IMG/VR virus record: IMGVR_UViG_3300005764_000034
Location: 1 to 43,002 of that record
Reading direction: 5' to 3' (one strand)
DNA length: 43,002 nucleotides
DNA from: a virus
Lineage: Duplodnaviria > Caudoviricetes
A model generated the notes under the pieces. That model had not been told where the DNA came from, ran no database searches, and saw only the letters and a program-made list of their open reading frames with translations. Below are positions 7,050-15,237 of the stretch, piece by piece. The position numbers and the translations under genes were made by a program. Within the stretch, counting starts at the first letter, position 1. The number at the start of each line of letters is the position of its first letter.

Positions 7050-7463
7050 CTACTTCGGGCCGGCGCCGCCGCCCGGGGTGAAGCCCCAGTAGATCGCGCC
7101 GTTGCTGTCCGAATAGAGGCCCCAGCCTCCCTCGGCCGGCGGCTCCTTGATGACCGTGCTCGGCGGCACCGGGGTCGGCAGGTCAGGCGGCAACTCCGGC
7201 GTCGGCGGCTCCGGCAGCGGGTGCCCTGCGATCGGCGGATAGCCGGGGCCGGGCGGCAGTTCGATGCCGGGCGGTCCCCAGATCGGGAAGGTCGGCGTGC
7301 CGGGCGGGCCACCGCCGCTCGGTGGCTGCTGCGGCGGGATGATCGGTCCGCCGCCGACGCCGAGGCCGGTGAGCGACGCCTCGCCGATCAGCACGACGTT
7401 CTGCGTGGTGCGCGCGAGCTTGTCGTAGAGCATGCCGGTGATGGTGACTTCGACTGCTGCCAT
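7050..7463 (-). CDS. proline/glycine-rich hypothetical protein
   Basis: AAAGGA RBS; PIWGPP and PPIAGHPLP motifs. Confidence 0.75.
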   Translation of the reverse strand: MAAVEVTITGMLYDKLARTTQNVVLIGEASLTGLGVGGGPIIPPQQPPSGGGPPGTPTFPIWGPPGIELPPGPGYPPIAGHPLPEPPTPELPPDLPTPVPPSTVIKEPPAEGGWGLYSDSNGAIYWGFTPGGGAGPK

Positions 7464-7608
7464 GACGTTTGTCCTTTCGGATGGAGGAGGAGTGCGTTCG
7501 TGCGGAGAGGCGAAGGCGGTGCCGCCTTAGCACGGCCCGCGCGCGCCGCCCACCCGAGGAAGCGGAAAGTTCACGACGCGGGTCGGCAGCGTGAGGTCGG
7601 TGCGCCGC

Positions 7609-7899
7609 TCATTGGCCCGCCTCGCGCGCGTCCTGCGGCGCGTCAGGACGGCGCGGAGGCTCCGGACGCGTCAGCGGCACGGTCAGGGCGGTCACGCCCG
7701 TCACGGACGCGCGGACGGGCGGCGCGAGGCGGTTGCGCAGGCGGTCGGCCTCGGCCTTGAGCCAGAACAGGGCGAGGCGGCGCAGGTCGCGCTCGCGTAT
7801 GGCGGCCTGCTCGTCGTCGCATCCGGCGGCGACGAGGTAGAGGATGCGGGTGAGCAGTTCGATGTCGCGGTCGTCGAGGACGATGCTGCGCTCGCTCAC
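7609..7899 (-). CDS. hypothetical protein
   Basis: GTGA coupling; MSERSIVLDDRDIELL. Confidence 0.45.
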   Translation of the reverse strand: MSERSIVLDDRDIELLTRILYLVAAGCDDEQAAIRERDLRRLALFWLKAEADRLRNRLAPPVRASVTGVTALTVPLTRPEPPRRPDAPQDAREAGQ

Positions 7900-8093
7900 G
7901 GCGCCGGCTCGCCGCCCGGCGCCTCCGGCTCGTGGACGACGTGGCGGACGCCGCCCGACGGCAGCACGACGTCGAACGGCGGCGGGCCCAGGCCGGCGAG
8001 CAGCATCGGCGTCTTGGGCAGCGGGCGCCATTGCCCGTCGGGCGTCACGTAACCCCACGGCAGCCCGTCGTCCTCGTCGAAGAACAGTGGCAT
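7896..8093 (-). CDS. hypothetical protein
   Basis: coupled to the helicase stop; MPLFFDEDDGLPWGY. Confidence 0.5.
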   Translation of the reverse strand: MPLFFDEDDGLPWGYVTPDGQWRPLPKTPMLLAGLGPPPFDVVLPSGGVRHVVHEPEAPGGEPAP

Positions 8094-9916
8094 CAGTTCC
8101 CCCTTCTCTGCTGTTCGTGCTCGGCCTGCGAGCCTTCCTCCGCGATGATCGCGTCGATGTAGCGGCCGGTGTGCTGGTCGAAGTCGATGACGCACTTGCG
8201 GCCCGGCGCGCCCCACAGCTTGACGACGCGCGACTTCCACACGTGCAGCTCGACGTGGCCGTCACGCTGGAACACGGTGAGGCCGAGGTCGCACTTGTTC
8301 AGCCAGTGCGCCGCGCCCGCGACGTCGTAGCCCTCCGGCGGCTCGCGATCCTTCTTCTTGCGCTTGTCGGACGGCGGCTTCGCCGGATGCGCGATCAGCC
8401 AGATGTTGCAGCCGTGCCGGCGCGAGAACGTGCGGCATTCGCGCAGCATGTCGCCGATGTACTCGATCTCGGTCCGCGTGCCGCGCTGGTGCTCAAGCTC
8501 GTTGATCGGGTCGATGACCACGTCGGTGACGCCGTCGCGCAGCACGCACATCGCCGCGGTGCCGAGCATCCAATCCATCGTCACGCGCTCCGTCTCCGGC
8601 ACGCCGTGGACGATGCGCACGTGCTTCGCGAGGAACGCCTCGGCCCTGGCGTCGTCCTCCTGCGTCATGGTGTCGAAGCCGGGCTGCGGCCAGAACGGCT
8701 TGCCGATCAGCCACGTCGCGCATTCCTGCTCGAAACGCGATGTCTCGTCCTCGCCCGCGAACACGAGGAAGCGGCGGTCGTATTTCCGGCAGACGTGCAT
8801 CATCAGGTGCCGCATGAACGCGGACTTGCCGTCGTTCGGGTAGCCGGTGAGCACGATCATCCGCCCGTCGGCCGGCAAATGCACCAAGCCGTCGACCGCG
8901 CGCACGCCGGCCGTCATCACGCGCGGCGGCGGCGCTTGGCGCATCCGCGCGAAGTCGCCGCTGCGCGCGCTGTGCACGCCCTCGATGGGGTACGGCACGG
9001 CGGCCTTGGCGTCGACGATTTCCGCGAAGGTGCGCTCGACGCGCAGGTCGGCGATGGCGATCAGCGTATCGTTCGCGTCCTTGCAGCCGTCGGGCCAGGT
9101 GACGGTGCGAACCTTATGCCGACCGAGCCGGCGGGCAAGTTCCTCGTGCCACATCGCGCCGGCCTCGTCGGCATCGCCCGCCAGGATGTGCGTCGGCACC
9201 TTTTCAAGCAGGTCCTCGTGCGTCTTCAATGCGAGGAACCGCGCGCTGTCCGCCCGCGCCATCGTCTTCGACGCGCCATCCCGCAGGGACACCACGTTCG
9301 GATAGCCGGCCTCGTGCATGGCGAGGACATCCGGTTCGCCCTCGACCCAGTACAACGGCCTTGCCGGATCGATGGAGTCGGCGTTGTACAGCACCGGCTC
9401 GCCGCCATCGTTCTCCTGGTACTGCGGGTTCTTTTCCGGGTGCGGGCGGAACTTGAGCGTCGCCAACCGTCCGCCGTGGAAGTACGGAAACACGACCGAC
9501 GGCCGCACGCCGCCGAGCTCGCGGTAGTGGTGGTCCTGCGCCCAAAGGCGGAAATGCCTGACCGTGCGCGCGCTGATGCGGCGGGCGCCGAAGAAGTCGA
9601 ACAGCCAATCCGGCTGCATGCCCGGTTCGCCGGAGCGATCGGCGAACACGGCGCGCTTGCGCGGCTGCGGTTTCGACGGCTTCTCCCATCGCGGCGCGCC
9701 GTCGCGGATGCGGACGTTGCCCTTCCACCCGCAGGTGCCGCGATGGCATTCCCACACCGCGCCCGATCCGTCGGCGTCGACGGTGACGGACAGCGATCCC
9801 TTCTCCTTGCGCGAGCCGCCGCCGCAGCGGTGGCAGTTGATGTGCTCGGTGCGGCCGGCCGCGAGGCTGCGCAGCCGGATGCCCTCGTCCGCGAGCAGCG
9901 CGAACAGGTCGCTCAC
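8093..9916 (-). CDS. DNA primase-helicase (Twinkle/T7 gp4-like)
   Basis: Zn finger CHRC...CHRGTC; TOPRIM WVEGEPD and DADEAG; Walker A GYPNDGKS; VVIDP; LIAHP; start at GTG 9916 (alternative ATG 9946). Confidence 0.92.
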   Translation of the reverse strand: MSDLFALLADEGIRLRSLAAGRTEHINCHRCGGGSRKEKGSLSVTVDADGSGAVWECHRGTCGWKGNVRIRDGAPRWEKPSKPQPRKRAVFADRSGEPGMQPDWLFDFFGARRISARTVRHFRLWAQDHHYRELGGVRPSVVFPYFHGGRLATLKFRPHPEKNPQYQENDGGEPVLYNADSIDPARPLYWVEGEPDVLAMHEAGYPNVVSLRDGASKTMARADSARFLALKTHEDLLEKVPTHILAGDADEAGAMWHEELARRLGRHKVRTVTWPDGCKDANDTLIAIADLRVERTFAEIVDAKAAVPYPIEGVHSARSGDFARMRQAPPPRVMTAGVRAVDGLVHLPADGRMIVLTGYPNDGKSAFMRHLMMHVCRKYDRRFLVFAGEDETSRFEQECATWLIGKPFWPQPGFDTMTQEDDARAEAFLAKHVRIVHGVPETERVTMDWMLGTAAMCVLRDGVTDVVIDPINELEHQRGTRTEIEYIGDMLRECRTFSRRHGCNIWLIAHPAKPPSDKRKKKDREPPEGYDVAGAAHWLNKCDLGLTVFQRDGHVELHVWKSRVVKLWGAPGRKCVIDFDQHTGRYIDAIIAEEGSQAEHEQQRRGN

Positions 9917-10641
9917 CAGTCGGTATTCCCGATGGCGGTCGCCCATTGGTCGGGCAGGTCCGCGACGTCGGGCGTTTCGTTCCGCTTGCGCTCGACGGCC
10001 AAGGCTATCTCGCCGGCGAGGATGCGGAGGCCGTACTTGACGAGGTCGTTGATCCCGTCCGCCTCGCGTGCGGCGAGCTTGGCGACCGCGAGGCCGATGA
10101 TCCGCGGGGTGGCATCCTTCCGCTTCCGCGCCTCGGTGACGAACGCATGCGCACGGTCCGCGATGTGTCCCACGTCGATCAGTCTCTGCACCCAGCGGTT
10201 GCGGTCCGGGTCCTGCTCCCTTGGCTTGCTTTCTGCGTCGGAAAGCATCGTCCTCGCGTGCGCGCTCGCGCGCGCGGCTTGCTGACTCTTCTCTTTGGTA
10301 AGGAAGAAAGAAGTACAGACTCCTAGCGTTGTGTCCGGATTTCCGGACAAAACCACGGAGCTACCGTCGTTGTGTCCGGATTTCCGGACAAAACTTTTGT
10401 CCGGATTTGTGTCCGGATTTCCGGACCTATTCAGGACGAACACGCTCGGCTGGCGTCTGTGGTGGCGGACCAAGAGGCCGCCTTCCGCAACCCATGCGTG
10501 CACGGCGTCGATCACGGTGTCCTTGTTCACGTCGGCGGCGTGGGCGATCTGGCGGTAGGTTGCCTCGGCCATGTCGCCGCCGTCGCACAGGCGGATGATG
10601 GCTTCGCGCACGAGGCGCTGCGCTGTCGGGAGGCGCCTCAT
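9913..10641 (-). CDS. replication initiator (N-terminal wHTH, lambda O-like layout)
   Basis: ATYRQIAHAADVNKDTVIDAV HTH; internal iterons; directly upstream of the helicase. Confidence 0.7.
   Translation of the reverse strand: MRRLPTAQRLVREAIIRLCDGGDMAEATYRQIAHAADVNKDTVIDAVHAWVAEGGLLVRHHRRQPSVFVLNRSGNPDTNPDKSFVRKSGHNDGSSVVLSGNPDTTLGVCTSFFLTKEKSQQAARASAHARTMLSDAESKPREQDPDRNRWVQRLIDVGHIADRAHAFVTEARKRKDATPRIIGLAVAKLAAREADGINDLVKYGLRILAGEIALAVERKRNETPDVADLPDQWATAIGNTDW
10328..10426. repeat. iteron cluster / probable replication origin
   Basis: three copies of the palindrome GTCCGGA-TT-TCCGGAC plus a half site, inside the initiator gene. Confidence 0.8.
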
Positions 10642-11003
10642 GAGCGGTCCTCCGGAATGCGCCAGCAGACGAGCGTGAGGCCCTTGTGCTGCGCGATCTC
10701 CAGCCAGACGCGCGCGTCCGGGTCGGCGGCGTGGTCGCAGGTCTCGCACCAGAAGGCGACGGCGATGCCGTTGCGCCGCGACGACGGATTGCCGCAGCCG
10801 TCGGAGACGGCCGAATGCGAGGCGATGCGGCCGCCGAGCACGGACGTGACCGTCGTGCGCTCGGCGTCCTCGCGGCGGTCGAACACGAGGACCTCGGTGT
10901 GGTGCAGATAGGGCCCGAGGCAGCGCGGGCAGGCCAGCGCCTCCTCGTCGAGGATCGTCACCGTCCGGTGGTCGTCGTCGTCATTTGAATTTGTCGCCGA
11001 CAT
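10638..11003 (-). CDS. Zn-ribbon hypothetical protein
   Basis: CPRC...LHH, NPSSRR, CETC, QHKG; GGAGG RBS. Confidence 0.65.
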   Translation of the reverse strand: MSATNSNDDDDHRTVTILDEEALACPRCLGPYLHHTEVLVFDRREDAERTTVTSVLGGRIASHSAVSDGCGNPSSRRNGIAVAFWCETCDHAADPDARVWLEIAQHKGLTLVCWRIPEDRS

Positions 11004-11325
11004 TTCACCCTCCACGCTGTTGCGCGACGGGCGGGGGCGTGCCATGTACGGAACGTCAGGCGTTCCGTCGCGGACCATCCCTCCGCGTCGTCGCAGGTTA
11101 CAAGGCGCCGTCGGTCTCAAACACCGGCGGCGTTCTTTCGTTGTACCCCGTACGCCGAAGCCGCCATCCTGTACCCGTTTGGCCGGGCTGTGAACCGGAA
11201 ACGCATCCAGCGTACGGAGCCGGATTTTCCGCGGCATTGAAGGCTTCGAGCGACTTATGCACAGCACCTTCGCAACGGACCGCCTCCAACAATTCCGTGA
11301 TCCGTGATCGGCGGCGCGTGCTCCG

Positions 11326-11535
11326 TTACGCCTTGCTGCGTTCGCGCACCGGCGGATGGAACTCGTGGACGACGGCGGCGACGCGGTGGCCGTCGATCGT
11401 CAGGCCGCAGGTGCGCGCGATCTGGCCGAACGACTCGCCCGCCTCGTGCCGCGCGTGCCAGACCTCGGCGAGCCTGCGGCGTTGCTCGCGGCCCTCGTCG
11501 CGCTTGACCGACGGCGGGCGCTTACGCTGCGGCAT
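11326..11535 (-). CDS. small HTH-like protein
   Basis: AGESFGQIARTCGLT. Confidence 0.45.
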   Translation of the reverse strand: MPQRKRPPSVKRDEGREQRRRLAEVWHARHEAGESFGQIARTCGLTIDGHRVAAVVHEFHPPVRERSKA

Positions 11536-11716
11536 CGCGTCGTCGCCGTCGCGGCGCCGCCTCGCTGACGAGCCAGGGCCAGCCCCGCGCGGTCGCGCAG
11601 GCGAGGCACCAATGGCGGTCCTTCGCGCCGCGCGACAGCATGACGCCGACCTCGACGACGGGCGCGGAGCCGGGCAGGAACACGACCGCCGGCGCCGCGC
11701 AGGTGTCGCAGGTCAT
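11522..11716 (-). CDS. small Cys-containing protein
   Basis: CDTC...CLAC; ATGA coupling. Confidence 0.5.
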   Translation of the reverse strand: MTCDTCAAPAVVFLPGSAPVVEVGVMLSRGAKDRHWCLACATARGWPWLVSEAAPRRRRRDAAA

Positions 11717-12342
11717 TCGTCGTCCGGAGACGGAAGGCTCACCAGTCCGCCCTCCTTCGGCTTCGGCATGGCGTCGCGGTAGTCGTAGAGCGGCCTGTCC
11801 TTGTCGAGCGCGATGGCGGCCATGTGCGCGACCAGTTTCACCTGTTCTTCGTATGCGTCGCTCGCGGCGGACAGGTTCAGCTCGTAGACGGAGAGCGACA
11901 GTTCCAAATGCCGTTGCGTGGCATATTGCCTGCCGACGCGACGGTGTCCGCCGGGCACGTTCGCGTCGGGGATGGTCACGAACGGCGGCAACGCCACGCC
12001 GGCCACGGTGAACAGGTCCGGCTGCTTTGCCTTGGCGACCGCCTTGGTTTCCTCGTCCTTCTTCTTGCCCTTTGGCTTGTCGTCCTCCTCCGGCGGCGGG
12101 CGGACGACGGGACCTTCCCGCCAGATATTGTCGAAGCATTCGCCGACCAAAGCCTGCAGCAGCTCGTCTGGCTTGAACCCCTTGCGGAATTTCGCCTTCG
12201 ACTGCGCCAGCATGCGGCCTTCCTCGCAGAAGCCGCCGAGCCTGTCCTTGTCGTCGATGTAGTCGAAGTACTGCCGCAGGCAGAACAGGTGGATCGTATC
12301 GTACGTGGTGCCGCTACGCGGTGCGCTTGGCTTTCTTGCCAT
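11713..12342 (-). CDS. hypothetical protein
   Basis: GGAGG RBS; MARKPSAPRSG start. Confidence 0.65.
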   Translation of the reverse strand: MARKPSAPRSGTTYDTIHLFCLRQYFDYIDDKDRLGGFCEEGRMLAQSKAKFRKGFKPDELLQALVGECFDNIWREGPVVRPPPEEDDKPKGKKKDEETKAVAKAKQPDLFTVAGVALPPFVTIPDANVPGGHRRVGRQYATQRHLELSLSVYELNLSAASDAYEEQVKLVAHMAAIALDKDRPLYDYRDAMPKPKEGGLVSLPSPDDE

Positions 12343-13243
12343 CCTTGCCTCCCCTTGCGTTGACGATCTGATCGATGACCTGGCCGACCTTGTCGAACCC
12401 GGCCCTGGCGCGTTCATACCTCTCGGCGAGCTCCTCGACACCGTCGCGGAAATACTGCTGCAGGTGGCTGTAGCCGTCCGGCGTGGCGAGCTGCGCGGGC
12501 AGCGCGAGCAGCGCGTCCGACCGGTCGAAGCCGTCGGCTCCGCGCAGCACGGACGCGAGCCCGAGCAGCGCCGAGTCCCGCGCCTCGCGCGTTGCGGCCT
12601 TCCTGTCTTCGATGATCTTGCGAGCCTCCGCGATGCCGATCTCGCGGTCGACGACGCGCTGCGCCAGGTCGCGGTCCTGCTTGCGCAGTTCGACAAGGCC
12701 AAGATCGCGGACCTCCGACCGATCCTTGATCTCCTTCGCCTTCTCGTAGGCGGCCTCGAGTTTCATCCCGCCATCGATGATACTTTGCACGACGGTCGGC
12801 GTGTACCTGGCGACGGTAAGCGCCCTGCTGAGCCGTTCCCCCGTTACTCCGGAACCCTTCGCAGCAAGAACGCACGCCTTCTGTTCGGCATCCGATCCGT
12901 TTTGCAATTTTGCAAAAAGGTTCTGTGCCGCAATCATCGCGAGCTGGCCCTTGTTGGTCTGCCGCCGCTTGCCGTTGACCGACCAGATCAACGCTTCGAT
13001 GTCGACGTCATCGGGCAGCACCTCGAACACCGGCTCGACGCCGGCCTTGTCGGTCGCCGCCAGCCGCATCCGCCCGTCGACCAGTGTGCCATCGCTCGAC
13101 ACGAGGATCGCATGGAATTGGCCGTTTTCCGCGATGTCGTCGACCAGTTCGTCGAACGCATCATCCGACAGCGGCGGGAACAGCTCCGCCAGCGGATGCA
13201 CCTTCGTCGGTCGCCAACCCTCGCTTCCCACCACGTCGCTCAT
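12314..13243 (-). CDS. ParB N-terminal (ParB/Srx) domain protein
   Basis: VHPLAELFP...ELVDDIAENG...LVDGRMRLAA...NGKRR. Confidence 0.8.
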   Translation of the reverse strand: MSDVVGSEGWRPTKVHPLAELFPPLSDDAFDELVDDIAENGQFHAILVSSDGTLVDGRMRLAATDKAGVEPVFEVLPDDVDIEALIWSVNGKRRQTNKGQLAMIAAQNLFAKLQNGSDAEQKACVLAAKGSGVTGERLSRALTVARYTPTVVQSIIDGGMKLEAAYEKAKEIKDRSEVRDLGLVELRKQDRDLAQRVVDREIGIAEARKIIEDRKAATREARDSALLGLASVLRGADGFDRSDALLALPAQLATPDGYSHLQQYFRDGVEELAERYERARAGFDKVGQVIDQIVNARGGKDGKKAKRTA

Positions 13244-13256
13244 TGTGTTCCTCCGT

Positions 13257-13793
13257 TCATTCGGCCGCCCACAGCGGCCCGGCCACCGGCATGACGCCGG
13301 CGACCCGTTGCGTGTGCCACAGCCACACCACGGCGGCGTCGGCGGCGTGGTGCGAATTGACCGCGATGCCGCGCCGCTTGCAGAACCGGTAGACCTCCTG
13401 CTTGGCCACGTCCTTGCCGAGCCGCCGCGTGCCCATGACCTCGGCGCGCGCGGTGTGCACGTCGACCTCGGAGAACGCCGCGCTGCACCGCCAGCACTCG
13501 GCGGCGACGAAGGCGCGCAGCGCGAACTGCTGGCAGGCGCTCCGCCAGTTGTTCAGCGCGGGCAGCGGCAGCGGCGCCTCGCAGACGACGGCCTCCGGTT
13601 GCCACAGGTCCATGTGCTCGGCGAGCACGTTCTCGAAGGCGGCATAGCGGGCGCCCTCGCCGCCGACGTGCGGCAGGTGCCACGTGCCGGTCTTCGGCAC
13701 CTTGTCGCCCCGGAGGTCGCCGATGGCCCAGCCGACCGTCGAAGACAGGTCCAGCGCCAGCACGCCGTGCAGCGGCCGGTCGTCGATCCACAC
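13257..13793 (-). CDS. RuvC-like Holliday junction resolvase
   Basis: VLALDLSSTVGWA, VVCEAP, K-x-x-AK, HHAADA. Confidence 0.75.
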   Translation of the reverse strand: MWIDDRPLHGVLALDLSSTVGWAIGDLRGDKVPKTGTWHLPHVGGEGARYAAFENVLAEHMDLWQPEAVVCEAPLPLPALNNWRSACQQFALRAFVAAECWRCSAAFSEVDVHTARAEVMGTRRLGKDVAKQEVYRFCKRRGIAVNSHHAADAAVVWLWHTQRVAGVMPVAGPLWAAE

Positions 13794-13798
13794 GGCCC

Positions 13799-14530
13799 CT
13801 ACTCGGCCGGCCCGGCGGACGCCTCCGTGCGGTCGCCCTGGACGTTCCTGGACCGCCTGGCGGCCGTCGGCCTGCGGGTGCCGCGGGCGGCCTTCCGGCG
13901 GCCTCCCTGGGCCTTCCTGGGCGCCTCCGTGGCGGCCTCCTGGCCGTCCGCCCGCCCGTCGGCCTCCGGGCCGTCCTGCGCCTCCTGACGGGCCGCGCGG
14001 GGCATGCCGGGGAAGCGGGTCTGGCGCGGCCGGCGGCGGGTGGCCGGCGCCTGCGTCGCGTCCGGCCCCAGCTCCTTCGAGCGGCTCTCCTGGCCCTTGT
14101 GCCACCACGACAGCCACTCGGCGTGCAGCATCGAGCCGATCTCGTACGGGCATTCCGCGATGTCGGTGCCGTGGCGCCCGGCCTGGAAGCCGGCGTCCTC
14201 CGCGTCCCACACGTCGTCCAGCTCGCGCGCCTTCTCGGTGACGCGCGGCGTCCAGCCGTCGAATAGCGTTTCACGTGAAACCGGGATGTTGCGCAGGGCG
14301 TAGTAGCGCGTCGTGTCGCGCAGCTCGGCGACCGCCTCCTGCGGGTCCATCTTCCGCGCGCGCGACACGGCGGTCAGCGCGGCGAGGTTGACGCCGTCGG
14401 CCTTGGCCCGCTTGCGGATGTTGCGCAGCACGCCCTGCTCGACGTCGCAGACGCGTTTCTGCGTCTCGTATTCGCGCATCCATTCCTGGATCGTCTCGTT
14501 CGACACGTTCGACCGCACCGTCTCGGACAC
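13799..14530 (-). CDS. GapR (DUF2312)-like protein fused to an Rmf-like motif
   Basis: LRNIRKRAKADGVNLAAL..RKMD; GFQAGRHG...CPY...EWLSWWHKGQ; GGAGG RBS. Confidence 0.6.
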   Translation of the reverse strand: MSETVRSNVSNETIQEWMREYETQKRVCDVEQGVLRNIRKRAKADGVNLAALTAVSRARKMDPQEAVAELRDTTRYYALRNIPVSRETLFDGWTPRVTEKARELDDVWDAEDAGFQAGRHGTDIAECPYEIGSMLHAEWLSWWHKGQESRSKELGPDATQAPATRRRPRQTRFPGMPRAARQEAQDGPEADGRADGQEAATEAPRKAQGGRRKAARGTRRPTAARRSRNVQGDRTEASAGPAE

Positions 14531-14559
14531 TGTCGCCTCCGCATGGGGATGATGGGCGG

Positions 14560-14660
14560 AGATTGCGCGCGGCGCGGCGCGCCGGTCAACAACGGAAACG
14601 TCAACGGAAGCATTGATTATCGGATTGACGCTGCATGCCAGCCGAGGCATTGTTTGATGA
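14560..14660. promoter_or_regulatory. divergent promoter region
   Basis: + strand TTGACG(14625)-N17-CATTGT; - strand TTGACC(14589)-N17-GCAATC; repeated GTCAAC and AACGGAA. Confidence 0.55.
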
Positions 14661-14675
14661 AAGGAGGAACGACGG

Positions 14676-15218
14676 ATGGGAAGGCGAAGGATGGTCAAGG
14701 TGCAGCCGTCGCCGCGGCAGATCGGCGAGGCGCTGCGCACGGCGAGGGAGGCGCGCTCGGCGTTGCTGGCCGCCGACCCCGACATGGCCGCCGACGACCG
14801 CAGGCTCTACCTCGACAGCATCGAGGGCGAGACCGACGCCTTCGAGCAGCTCGACCGGGTGATGGAGATCGCGCTCGACGCCGAGGCGATGGTCGAGGCC
14901 ATCGAAAGCCGCATCGTCCGGCTGGACGCGCGGATGGAGCGCCTCAAGCACCGCCGCGAGACCATGCGCTTCGCCGCGCTGCGGATGATGGAAGAACTCG
15001 GCCTCGACGGGGTCGAGCGGCCGACCTACTCGCTGTCGGTCGGGCCGAGCCAGCGCCACGTCGTCGTCGTCGACGCGGAACGGCTGGCCGACGAGTACGT
15101 GCGGACGAGGCGCGAGCCGGACAAGGCGGCGATCCGCGCCGCGCTGCTCGACGGCCGCGAGGTCGACGGCGCCGCGCTGTCGAACGCGCAGCCGGTGCTG
15201 CGGGTGAAGGCGTCATGA
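14676..15218 (+). CDS. Siphovirus Gp157/Gam-like protein
   Basis: coiled coil plus EPDKAAIRAALLDGREVDGAAL; AGGAGG RBS. Confidence 0.8.
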   Translation: MGRRRMVKVQPSPRQIGEALRTAREARSALLAADPDMAADDRRLYLDSIEGETDAFEQLDRVMEIALDAEAMVEAIESRIVRLDARMERLKHRRETMRFAALRMMEELGLDGVERPTYSLSVGPSQRHVVVVDAERLADEYVRTRREPDKAAIRAALLDGREVDGAALSNAQPVLRVKAS

Positions 15219-15237
15219 AGGCGAAGGGGAAGAAGGC

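Noticed and set aside
6817-7092. Plus-strand 91-aa ORF
   Set aside because: It starts inside a terminator-like hairpin, has atypical composition and overlaps the convergent gene; non-coding is more likely.
7844-10285. Long plus-strand ORFs such as this 813-aa frame (also 19986-21725, 27569-29431, 38644-40500)
   Set aside because: They are antisense shadows of real minus-strand genes, expected in high-GC DNA.
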